Below the pieces are notes generated by a model. That model had not been told where the DNA came from, did not search any database, and was given only the letters and a program-made list of their open reading frames with translations. This document shows positions 10,155-22,970 of a stretch of DNA of 35,752 nucleotides, in pieces. Each line of letters begins with the position of its first letter. The stretch's first letter is position 1. The translations under genes and the position numbers were made by a program. Source of the stretch: Bigelowiella natans CCMP2755 (Eukaryota > Protista > Cercozoa); NCBI GenBank assembly GCA_000320545.1, contig ADNK01001426.1, forward strand, positions 1-35,752. The letters run 5' to 3'.

Positions 10155-11187
10155 ATGGAAAATTCTTTCAAAACAGAAAAATTGGCAAGTCGGAACATCG
10201 TCCAGCTTTCTTCTCCAACACCTACATCGCTCCGCAAAGAAATGCTCTCATTTTTTTTTGGCGAAGAGGAAGAAGAAGTTCCCCCTGTTTCTTCTTCAAT
10301 CAGTGCTCAAGCTATGGGGATGGCAGATAGTTCTATAACTAAGGACGGCGACGGTGTCGCTGTACCCCCGGAGTTCCCGCAGTGGACACACAATGTTCTT
10401 GTCTGCGGATTCGCTTCGGGCAAGAGCAAATTGAATGGCGAGTATAAGATGACCGGTAGATGGATTCAGGGCCGGCCTGTGTATGCTGCAGTAGAGAAGA
10501 GCTCCGGAATGTGCATTTGGTTCTCTGATGGATGGTGCCTCGGCCCTAGGAAACACCTGGGTAGTAATACTGGTTCGATTGTTGCAAGAGGAAGAAGAAG
10601 AAGAAGAAGAAGAAGAAGAAGAAGAAGAAGAAGAAGAAGGATGCTGACTAGGGAGAAGATAATGAGAAAAAAAAATGTGCTTTCCTTCCAAAATGTCCAA
10701 TATCAATTATTATTCACCATTCACGCATATTTTAAGAAACCATTTTAGTGTGTACAAGCATCTTGTCGTCCATTCAGCATTTTTCCTTTGTGGAATGGTA
10801 TTAATGATACAATGATAAATATTAAGGAACAACAATTGCAATGGCACACAATGAGCACAAAGGAGGACGAGTTTGGATGACAGAAAAGGTATCATTAAGA
10901 CTACTGTTGTCACTTTGTCGTCTTCGGCACTGTATATACCGCTTTGGTAATCGCGTTTACAACTATTGTCGTTGCTGTTTTTGTTGGTAACGTTCTTCTG
11001 TAGCCATGGAGGGTGCAAATGCAAGGCGAAATCAAGGACGAATCTAGCGTCACGGTAGCATTCAAAATTTAATTATTCAAAGACACTACCGTCGATTCTG
11101 GTCTGATGAGGATGTTAGTGATACCATTTCGCGAAAATCATACTAGTCAGTCCAACGGCTGGGCAATTATATAAACTACGTACTACG

Positions 11188-11218
<31 letters not shown>

Positions 11219-12289
11219 GTTTGGAATAAAATATCAGTATTATATTTTGAGTCCTGTTGTTTGCAATCAAACATTAGATCGTGCCGATGATGCCTGCAAT
11301 TGTCGTTGGTGCGGATGGTTCAAACAAGGCACTCAACGGTGGTTATTATTATTATATAAATCCATCTATTGAAGAGTGCTTATCGAGGATTCGGAATCAT
11401 GACAAGCAACACATTAAAACAGATATGATGATTTCTATTTCATTGCTTGTAATATGATGTACAGCAGTACAACATGACATTATTTCTCACTACATATTCG
11501 GATAATAACATCATTATTATCTGATCTTCACTCACACCCAATAGGATGTTACAAGCTGAAGATTGATCTTTTAAAGTTACCTAAAACGGTGCGAGATAAG
11601 TTCCATAATAAACCCGTTTACAAAAAGGAGGTAGGTTGTCCACCATGAAAGTGATATAATGATGGTTGTGTAATTTGAGATTAAAACTGAAAGGGCAGAG
11701 CATGAACAAGAGGGACTCTCCATCCATCCATCCATCCATCCATCCAACCAACCATACCATCCACATGCATACATACATACATACATACATATATACATCA
11801 TCAACTTTTGGAGTAATAATAGTAGCGTAGATGATGATGATAAAAAGAACCCATAACTGCTATGACTGCCATGTACTAATAATACTAGTCTCTTTGCTGC
11901 ACAGCTGTTGTGTAATGCTACTCTATGCTTAGCACAGCTGTTGTATGTAGTAGTAGCAGTAGTGGTAGTAGCAAGTGTATTTTGTCTGATTTATTCATAT
12001 GATATGTTTGTGTGTGTGTGTGTGTGTGTGTGTTTGTGTGTGTGCATACTATCATGTATGTGTTCTTTTACTTCTTCTTGTTCTTCTTAACCATATCCTT
12101 GTGTTTGTTAACAAATAGTGCAAAGATGGAGAGGAGGCACACTGCATGTGGTGTTGTGACCAAGGATGGTGCATTGGCCTTGAATCTGATGTTGGGACTA
12201 AAACGGTGCTAGTTGTGTTATCTCATAATTCATTTGTAAGTCATGATGAAAAGACCATCAATCATAAGTAAAGAGCACACAAATTCTCC

Positions 12290-12333
<44 letters not shown>

Positions 12334-12660
12334 TCTCTCCCCTCATTCCGCCATATGTGTTTGTATGTCTGTGTGGTGGATCATTGTGTAATAATAATAT
12401 GTGTGGTAGTGCTACGCTGCATCCGACGACATTTGCGCTGTACCCTGGCTCGTGAAGACTCCCTGGAAGGTATGATTGTAATACTGGGAGGAGGAGGAGG
12501 AGGAGGAGGAGGTGGTGGTGGTGGTGGTGGATGATCCAAATACGGCAGCGACTGCCATATTATTTTCGAATACTCTCTCCTCATTATAAAAGTGTAATGA
12601 GTACACACACACACACACACACATTCGCGCACACAAGCCAGATCTGAACGAAAATGGCAT

Positions 12661-12712
<52 letters not shown>

Positions 12713-13542
12713 GTATGTGTTTGTATTTGAGTGCGTGTGTGCGTATATCCTGCTATTCTATAGTATCCAGTATTGAGTTATATATCTAATTCACCACCAC
12801 CACCAGCAGCAGCACCACAACCATTAGTTTCCTTATTATTAGGTCCAATCATAATTATTGCATAATATGATGTTAGATGCTCCGCAACATTATAATCATA
12901 CCTTAATATGATGTTAGATGGTTCGGAACAGTGGGGGGCTAGTAAATGTTAGTAGTACCGGAGATGAGGCATCATCAAGGTCATCATCATCATCTGTTCC
13001 TTATTGGTCGGAAGATAGCAATCTCCAAGTAGTCGCAAACTCAGAGGCAGAACTTACAGGGTGAGTGAGTGAGTCAGTCAGTCAGTCAGAGGATTTACAA
13101 TTTGGATTGAGTTTCCTCTGAGCACATCCACCATCATGTACGATGATGATGATAATGGCATGCTAATGTTGTTCTCAGACTACACATGTGATACATGATG
13201 GTAGTAGCAAGTCGTCTATTTGTATTGTCGATATATTATTAAATGTCTTAAACTAGTACCAGGTGCAATACGTAGTACTAGCAATTCGTCTATTTGTATT
13301 GCCGATATTATATGTCTTAAACTACTACCAGGTGCAATGTGTCGGATGGTGCCTGGAATGGTGTCTACATTCTAAGAGAGGACTGGGTACAACTTGTAGC
13401 AAAAAAGAATGAAAAATGATTATTGGGGGAGAGTGCAGAAAGGGATGGGATTGGGGCTTATCATCATCCCTTAAATTTTGTACAAACTACTTCAGCCTTT
13501 CACTACTCCTCGTTGTTTTCTTTTCCACTCTACTACTGTTAC

Positions 13543-13575
<33 letters not shown>

Positions 13576-14906
13576 AAATCTGCTTTTAGGCAGCCCTACC
13601 ATTTTTCTCTCGAAGAACATTTCGAGGGTGGGTGCTACTACTACTACTACTACTACTACTACCACTACTGCCGCTTATAATATGCTATTATGTTTCCACC
13701 GGCAATCCAGAAAGATGAAGAACAACTTGGATGATGTGTATTTTTCAAATGTGCATTTTTATTGTCGTGTAGAATAGTAATCATAACAATAATGATAATG
13801 ATGATAATAATAATACGCTATATATTTTGTTTATTCTCGACGTGGGTGTCAGGAGATGTTCAATTCGGCATTATCATCATCATCATCATAAAGAGATGTT
13901 AAATTGAAGAGATAAGAATGTATGTATGTCAGTGTACTAAAAAGCACATCATTATTTTACTCATTAGGAGACCAGTTTTTCGTCACAAGACTGGCAAGCA
14001 ACAATGCATGTGGTTTTCAGAACTGGGGTTGTCATTCTCATCATCATCATCATCAACAACATCCACACAAATGACCGATCAATTAATCCATTGTATGGTT
14101 GTTAATGTGAGTGTTGTCTGTGACTGTCTACTTGTCATCATGCATATCCCACCCCATCCAGATGGTGTGTTGGGCTTGAAAAGGACCTTGGAACGACAAG
14201 ATGCGGGATCTACAATAAGAGTGATGCATCTGGTATTATTATTATTATTTCCACTACGTACCACTAGTAAAAGTAGTGGAGATATTATTACCACTAAAGT
14301 AGTAAAGAGGAAGGGGAGATAACAAATAAATCTAAAGGAATTGCTTGTTTTCTCACAATAAATGCATAAGCACGAAGTTGGGATTAGGCCAAAGTTACTT
14401 CGCCAATTCCTTTTACATTTTCTAAGCATTTACAGCAATGGTGATGGCGAAAATGCAACCATATCATTGTCACCACCACCACCATCTTCTTTGATCACTA
14501 CTGCTAATAATAATAATGATAATAAAAGATATTGATGTTGTATGTGTATTTGTTGTTGGTCCTCCCCCCCTTCTTCTCTTCGAAGTACCGTGGCTATCAA
14601 CACTTCCATGGGTTGTATTGGAGAACAAACAGTTTCGGGCTTGTCCTAGCCTTAAAGTTGCTCCGGTATTATTATTATGTATATTGTATGTACGTATGTA
14701 TGTATGTATGTATGTGTGTATGAATGTGTGTATGAATGTGTGTATGAATGTATGTATGTAGTAGTGGTAGTGATAATACCTATTCAAGTAATATATTACA
14801 TGTTAGTAGAGTAGTAGTTATTGTTTCTTGTTGTGGTGATGATGATGGCGGTGATGGTGGTGGTGGTGATACTTTTGATGTTAGTGGTTACTAATACCTG
14901 CCAGTT

Positions 14907-14940
<34 letters not shown>

Positions 14941-16543
14941 GGCTACCACTAGTAGTGGTGTTGGTTGCTGCGCAACTTAAGACTAGTACCTACTGTTACC
15001 CTCTATTACTGCTGCTACTATCCTATCCAGGTTTTCAACCAAGATTCAACAAAAGAGCGTGTTGCTCGTTTAAAGGCTGCTACCATCTCTGCTAAAAACA
15101 AATCAGCAAAAGGTGAGAATAAAAAAGGAGGATCGATAGATAAACAACGACGATGATGATGAAAATTAATATCACTACACCTCGTGATGACACGCAGAGA
15201 GATGCTAGGATAATTGTAAAGAACTTGATTGTGATGATGTGATCATATATGTAAACTTCCTCTGTTGATGTTATAATATCCTAGCCAAAGGAAGGAAAAT
15301 GAATGATAGCAAGAGCAGTAGGATTGTTGGTCTTGAAGCTGAAGTGAAAAAGCTGGAGGGAAAGTACTATCTATCGATTACCTTCCTGCCACCGCTTAAT
15401 ATACACCATAATTTGTCCTCGTATTTCGTCTTTTGAGCAGCTAGCAAGAAAGAACAAACATTATAGGCCAAAATATACAGTACACTACTATGCACTACTA
15501 CTTACTTACACAATCAAGAGGAACACTACTAATAGTCACGTAAGTACTAACTATCTCCTCTTTAACAAGATCCATGGAGCTGGAGAAGGAAAGCAAAGAC
15601 ATATGTGATAAATTCGTGCAGGTAGTAGTGAATAGTTATCATCATCATCATGAATAATTATGATAACAACTGTTGATTGCAATAATAAGGTATCTTTATC
15701 TGTGGGACTTACTGAAGCTATGGCTCAGGCAAAGCTAAAGGCATGTAGTAGTAGTAGTAGTAGTAGTAGTGTAAAAGAACCGTCGTCGTCTCTTGTACGA
15801 TGTTGTTGCTGCTGCTGGTGGTACTAGTGCCAAAAGGGAGAATAAGTAGTCGATCGATCAATAATAAGTAGGCATCGATGTCACTTAAACATCCTACTCC
15901 TCATCCTTCTTCATTTTCTTCTTTCTGAAAGTGATTATCATTTACAAATAAATATTGTTACTATCATTATCATCATCATCATTATTATTATTATCATTAT
16001 TATGTAAATCCTAGGAAGCGGAGGCGGTGGCAGATATGGTGGCAGGTAGCAATGAAAAGAGTGGTAAGAAGGCTAATCTGCCTCCTTTACTGAAAACACT
16101 GGTATCAAAGCTTGACAGTCTTAAAGAGCTCATGGAACAACTGGTAGTACCAATAGTAGTAGCAACAATATCTTAACAATCGTTGTACTACTACTAGTAG
16201 TAGCAGTAGTAGTAGTAGTAGTACCAGCAGCAGCAGTACATGCAAGATATGCTGCTAAAGGAGTATCATAGTTAAGTAATATAAATTCTCAGTAGTTTCT
16301 TATATTGAAATCATTTTATGTTACCACGGTGGTAGCTGTGGTGGGGATAATGATGTGAGGATGATGATGATGATGATGATGATCATACCAGGGAAAGATA
16401 AAGGAAAATCTCGAGGAAGCACGTCGATCATCATCAGCTTTGCATGATAGTAAGCAACCGACAACAAGCAGCCAGACGACATCGACGAAGACAACCGAAA
16501 ATGACCAACAAGGTAACGAGGTCTCTAATATGAGTATTTCTCG

Positions 16544-16592
<49 letters not shown>

Positions 16593-16733
16593 AACAAAAT
16601 TACCCTGGTTGTGTATTTTTACTTTCATAACTATTATTATTTTTTAGCCATTGATTACAACCTACTCTAACATGCATACCTTCATATATTTCACCCATTA
16701 TTATCTATCAGCGTTGTGTGACTGATGTCATTC

Positions 16734-16773
<40 letters not shown>

Positions 16774-17498
16774 CTTCTTTCTTTCTCTCTTTCTCTTCCC
16801 CCTGATACTACTACTACACTTGACGATAAAAATCGTGAGCACTCGTCATTAGACTTCAGTAAGAAAGTAGATGAAGCCAGTCACTTCTTATGATAATACA
16901 TGTTTGAGAGAGCTTTTATAATTGTTTGTGGTTGTTGGGTGTTTTGGTTGACTAGTACTATTTGTGACAGTTGCTGTTGAAGGGGGAATGATGCCGAATG
17001 AATTACCTGCACCTATGGTATTAGTTAGTCAGACATCATTATCATCATCATCGTCGTCACTTAACAAGAGCACAACTTCTTCTACTGCTACTACTACTAC
17101 TACTACTACTACTGATGTCACTGCTACTTACTAGCTATTACTGCTACAAATATGAGTTGCAAAAGAATCATCATTATCCACCAGCACCAGCACCAGCACC
17201 AACACCAGCACCAACACCAACACCAACACCAACACCAACACCAACACCAACTGAAGAAGAGGAGGAAGAAGAAGAAAATAACGCTTACACGCAACACCAA
17301 CGACGACAACAACAACAACAACACCATCTGTACTTAAAGGTTCAAGGACTCTCGATGGAGCTCAAACGACAAATCGCAGAAGCTGTACACAACTACATCA
17401 CGAAACTGATTTATAATGATATGACGACGATGGGTGTGATCGATGAATAATGAATGATAATTGATTGATTGATAGAGGATTCCATTCAACAAATCAAT

Positions 17499-17563
<65 letters not shown>

Positions 17564-18121
17564 ACTCAAACACATAATACATAGGAAAGGAAAATAGAAG
17601 AAGGTCCTGATTTGCTTGAGGTAGGTGATGCTTGTGCAGCAAATGAGAAGACCAGTGGTTTTAGTGGTGTTCACATTATTCAAGTAAAAATACATCTGCT
17701 GCAGTGTACATTCATCAGTACTACAAGAAACAACTGTTGTTCATGATTTTTTTACTTGATTGAATAATCATCATTTTCATAAAAATGTTGAGCATGTTTT
17801 CTTCTTCATTTCTGATGATAATCGCGTTTTCATCATTTCTCACGTTCAGAGCATGAACCCCTTGCCAGTGTTGAGGGACATTCCACTGTTTGGAGATCTC
17901 GTGTCCATTTTCGCACCCGAGCCTAAGGTGAGGATACTGCTGCAACTTGCTGCTGCTGGTGGTGGTGGTGAAAAGACGACTATCTATCATATTGGGGATG
18001 ATGATGATGATGATGACGACGACGACGATGATTGGTGTATTCCCTTGTGAGTGTGCCGTGCCTACTATGAGACATCCACAAATAAAATCTCGCTCTCAAG
18101 ATTCATTTCTGTCAACATTAA
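10155..18121 (+). CDS. Large multi-exon hypothetical protein: three tandem ~100-aa Trp/Cys repeats followed by a coiled-coil region
   Basis: About 20 GT/GC-AG exons. Repeats: LNGEY..GRPVY..CIWFSDGWCLGPRKHLG; LNGCY..NKPVY..CMWCCDQGWCIGLESDVG..PWLVKTPW; WNGVY..RPVF..CMWFSELGWCVGLEKDLG..PWLSTLPW. Later exons are K/E-rich (GLEAEVKKLE, LDSLKELMEQL). Start (10155 or ~10242) and last exon are uncertain. Confidence 0.7.
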
Positions 18122-18129
18122 GGAGCAAC

Positions 18130-18950
18130 CCGTCCACGCATTCGAAGCCGGGCGGTTTGAATGATGAGTATCTACCATGTAACAAAACACAAATCGTCGT
18201 GATTGACATAAAGGAAAGTGTCAATTTACGCCGCCACATGGACCGAAGCATGACATCCAAAAAAAGGGGACAGTGACAAACTAGAAATTCCTTATCCACT
18301 TGATCGCAACAAATGGAGCAATCCACGCAAATCCGGCGTCGTGTGCGGGTGTCTCGCAACATGAAGACATCGCATCTACGCTGCATGTAATGAAGATGAT
18401 TTGTCAACTTTTCGATCAAAGGTTGTAAAACAAGTGATTGTCAATGAGCAGCAGCATGACACATCGAGACATGGCATCTGACTTTTGCGGGGTTTGATTT
18501 GAACGCCACCATGAAAAAATCAATCGCAAATGAAGGCTGTTGCAGGCAGGCCATCGAGCACTGCAAGTCCCCCCCCTTTTTTCCCACGACCGCGCGTCCG
18601 CAGCCCGCGCGGTACGTTCAGAATCTTCAATCAAAATTGATTTTTTCCTGGAATTGATCGCACTATAATGCACATGAGACGGATCGGATGCAATGAATTG
18701 ATCAAATGTTTTCAATGGTCATCCTGATGTGGCTGTATGTGCAATGCAGCGGCTACAGCGCTGATGTTCTGTCCACTAGCATGTGCATTGATTGATGCAG
18801 CACATCTAGATGTTGTGGATGCAACAGCCACTGACACACACTATACACACACACACACACGCGCTGCGCGCGCACATTCCAATTCTGTTCAATTTTAGCA
18901 TCTTCGATTCGCAAGCATGCACATGCAGATCATCTAGATCATTTGTTTTG
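18130..18950. mobile_element. TpA-depleted intergenic block carrying a dispersed repeat
   Basis: TA-poor and TG/CA-rich, between convergent gene ends. Contains the unit shared with 29353-29437. Confidence 0.55.
18671..18762 (+). repeat. Dispersed ~90-bp repeat, copy B (more heavily mutated)
   Basis: Aligns with 29353-29437 and ends ...gcaatgcagcggctacagcgct. Confidence 0.9.
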
Positions 18951-18959
18951 AGATAAATT

Positions 18960-19255
18960 TCAGGAAGCTCCTGATAATGTGACCAATTTACGTCCATTGT
19001 CAAGTGTCACGATTGCCTTCAATATTGCATCAAGTTTCATGTTTGTTTCCTTCCATTCACTTTCCGCATCAGATGCGCTAACGATCCCGCAACCAGCGAA
19101 GAGAGTAATTTCGTCCTTGGTATCGTGATTATTACCTGAAACTGCACTTCGAATTGCGACCACAAACTCGCCGTCGCCATTGCTGTCAATCCATCCAATT
19201 GGCGCTGCATACCATCCGCGCTCCCATTCTTCATTCGCTAAAGACACACACACAC

Positions 19256-19328
<73 letters not shown>

Positions 19329-20471
19329 GTCCGCGAATAAGTAGAGGAGTCTCTAGGCAACAACAACAACAACAACAACAACCACCTTGCATCCACTGAA
19401 GTGCCTCCTTTCTTGGAGAACCTCCCAAAGCAGGAGTTGGGTGTAACAAATGAACGGCATCAAGCAACCCTATTGTAGAGTTTTCGAGTAATCGTATGGA
19501 AATTGGTGTCTCCAAATGAAGGACGTTCCGGAGGGCTCGTATTTTTGGACTCTGTGGAACTGATAGCGAAGATGACAGAGGACCTAGAGTCCGCATTATT
19601 TCGCTAACAACCTTATTAAAATAGGAGAAGAAGAAGAAACGTAATTATGGTGTATTGCGCGTGTGTTTCCGTTGTTCCTTATATTATTTATGTAGTTTTT
19701 TGAAAAAAAGAACAAGTACAACCAATCTATGCTCTTCAAGGTCTTTTGAAGAGCACAATAGCTCTTTTTTGAAAAGAAGAACAAGTACAACCAATCTATG
19801 CTCTTCAAGGTCTTTCGGAGAGGACAATAGCTCTTCAGCTAATAGCATGTCTGTTTTGGTAGAATGTCCTCTTGGGCGAGTCCCTGCAAGTGCTGTGGTT
19901 TCCAAGGTTTCTCCTCTCATTCGAACAAGTCGTTCGGGTGTTGACCCAAAGAAATTGGCCCTGATTGTGATAAGAATGTTGATTCACCTACTACCAAACT
20001 ATACATGTATTTATTCAATTGTTTATATGTAGGTGTGAGTGTATGTGGTATTGATTCATATTATTAAAGCATAAGGGAAACAGAAGCATCCTCAACATCT
20101 GTTCTGTCGTCATAATTTTCACACAACTTGATTTATGATCCATTCCTCTCTCTACTTATTATGATGATGACTCATGTATTCTTCCAAGAAACTTTGCATT
20201 GCTTTACATTCTTGCATTCATTCTTCCAACAGTTTGAAAGAAAGCAGGGGGAAACAAATGATTTTCGAAAGCAGTTCATACATCCCAGGAAGTCTGAGGA
20301 GAAAAGTGTGACAATCCGGAAAACGATCGCATAGGTTGAGAATGGTACTTCCAACATCTAATGGCCCCTCTGGAGGAACTTTCACCATTTTTCGCCGAGC
20401 AAGGACAACCTGTAAGAATATGGGTATTATGTGCTACCATTGAATTTGTAGGAAGTGGGATGTGTGTGTAT

Positions 20472-20510
<39 letters not shown>

Positions 20511-22204
20511 GGGTTGGTTGGTAGAAATGGTAGTAGTAGTAGTAGTAGTAGGAGGAGGAGGAGGAGGAGGAAGAGGAGGAGTGCTAGTATTCATGGGGAA
20601 CAAAGAAGTAGTTATATCTATCGTCATCATCATCATCGTCATCATCATCACCTTGTTCATTGTGCTGCCTTGTCGCTGCATTGTATCAACAGCACGATTC
20701 ACTAGATGCAACCACTTAGCATGATCGATGGATTCAGAGTTATTATTATTTTCCATAAAAGACAGTTGAGAATGAAGAAAAGATGCAGTATCCAGATCCT
20801 GCCTCCTCTGTTTCTCGTTTATCTCATTTTCTTCCTCCTCCTCCCCTTTTTTATACTCATCCTTTTGTCTCGATGGGCCACGTGAGGATGAGGAGGCGGA
20901 GGAGGAGATAGAAGATATATTCGCCATACTATCAAAACATTCACCAATTAGCTCTTCAACCTTTGATCTGAGCAAAGCAGGATCTCTATCTCTATTATCA
21001 TTGGGGTCAATTGCTACAGTAGCAGTTGCATAAGTAGTATATCTTTTCCCTCCTCCTCCTGCTGCTGGTAATTGGACAATAATTCTTGGTAACCAAAAGT
21101 GAGCGTCAGGATACCCACACCACGGCCCTTCATCGCGGTAAGATAATGAGGACGAGGAGGACTCTTTTCCTCCCCCCCTTCTTCTATCCGGACTAAACGA
21201 GAATCCTCCTACGAAAAGAGGAGGAAGAAATTGATTTTCTCCAGAAGAACCGCAGCAATTAGAATTGATCATCAGATCTGCTGCTGGCGATATGATTTGT
21301 TCCCTATTCGCTTTCTCCTCTGAAGAATCCTCCTCCCCGATATCCACATTATTATCATCAAGATATACATCCACTACACGACCATTTTGAAGTGATTTTG
21401 AAATAAAGTCCTTAACCAAGTCGAAACGCCTAATCCCTGTGAAGTTGCAGCTTGCCACACTTCCAACTCCAACAAATACATTCTCTTCTTCTTCTTCACG
21501 CCCCGGAGCTGACCAAACAAACAGATGTTCGGATGGATCGCCCAAAGAGCAATGATAGCTCTTGCTACTGCTGTTTTTTGCCGCTGGTGATAGATTTGCA
21601 AGAAGGCGTTGTAAAGAGGGGGGTGAACCGTTGCTACGAATTCCGAGGTGGATACGCAGGAAAGTTGTCACATTTTGCTCAGAAGCGAGGCGGTTAGCTT
21701 TCAAAACTCCAGCGTCGAGAAGATCGGGTGGTGTTAAAGACGACGATGACGACCACGAGGCTGCCGTTGAAATCATCGATGGACTAAATCTCGAGCTGAT
21801 TTCGTCGTACTTCTTTGAGCTCGAAGAGCGCCATAGGGGGGGGGTAAAAAGGACCGGGCGTTGACGACGTGAAGGAAGATGACGATAATGATGATGATGA
21901 TGATGATGATATCGAATGCGATTAACATTCCGAAGATGAGGAGGAGGAGGAGGAGGACCAAGAATTGATGATAAACCACCTGTACGATACCTACCTACCT
22001 GATAAAATCAAATTAATTCTTATAAATCAAGTTCACAGAAGAACTGATAAAAGGTACTACCTGAGGTTGAATGTGCTTTTCAGACCTCATTACGAGCATT
22101 GCCGCCACTGTGATCAGTGCAAATATGATGTATCTGGGCCTCTGCAAACTTCGTCTGTTGCTCCGCCTCACCCCCAACATCATCAGCTCCTCAATTCTTG
22201 ACAT
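18960..22204 (-). CDS. menF: Isochorismate synthase (MenF), stand-alone, with bipartite plastid-type leader
   Basis: Exons encode FVGGFSF, FFGSTPERLV, TTALAGTRPRG, KDLEEHRLVV, RNVLHLETPI, LHPTPALGGSPR and ERGWYAAPIGWIDSNGDGEFVVAIRSA...FAGCGIVSASDAESEWKET. The first exon has hydrophobic YIIFALITVAAMLVM and is followed by an Arg-rich stretch. Confidence 0.93.
19696..19833. repeat. 69-bp tandem duplication spanning a menF exon end and splice donor
   Basis: Two near-identical units at 19696 and 19765; KDLEEHRLVVLVL is read twice in frame. Confidence 0.92.
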
Positions 22205-22692
22205 TTTTGTTGTAGCCAAAGTAGTACCACAGGTTTTGAATGAAGGTTGGTTCAATAATGTCTCGTTTTTATTATGATACGTGGCCACACCACAGGAACG
22301 ACGCCCACGACCCCATCATCATCATCATCCTCATCATCCATCGATTCATTTGTCCTTCATTCCCTATGAAAACCATGCTGTTTTATACATGCGACAAGTA
22401 ATAAAACTCAACTACAACCACATTGTAAGAAGAACTCCAGACTGACAGGCAACGTACTTAATACTTCCATAATTTCTTGTCTGCTGAGCTTAAGCAATTG
22501 TATCCTTATATTGTCGCAGAGAAGGAAACAGAGTTTTTTTGAGCAAAAATGATGTCGTAGGGATAAAATAGCATCATAACTTTCATGTTCTTCTATGTCG
22601 TAGAGAAGGAATAGGGAGAATTTGCTGGAAGAACCTCCTCATCCGTTAAGACTGACCCCCCCCGTGGTCTCGTCGTGGGAAGTGAACTGTAG
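22205..22692. promoter_or_regulatory. Putative bidirectional promoter region between divergent menF and ftsZ
   Basis: Only ~490 bp between the predicted head-to-head start codons. No specific motif identified. Confidence 0.4.
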
Positions 22693-22924
22693 ATGACGCA
22701 TAGCTATGTTCATTGGAGTACCACCAATGGCACAGAAATCAGTCCCCAACCAAAACGATGCCTCCTCAAGATAAAAAGAAGATCAACATGCATCATTCTC
22801 CTGTCGATTGCTGCAATCCTTATGGGGCTGCTCCTGCTCAGAAATGAAAGAAGGTAATAATTTGAAGAGTACAAAATATACTGGTGATAGCAGAGGTGTT
22901 CCCAGTATATCAATATAATCATGT

Positions 22925-22970
<46 letters not shown>

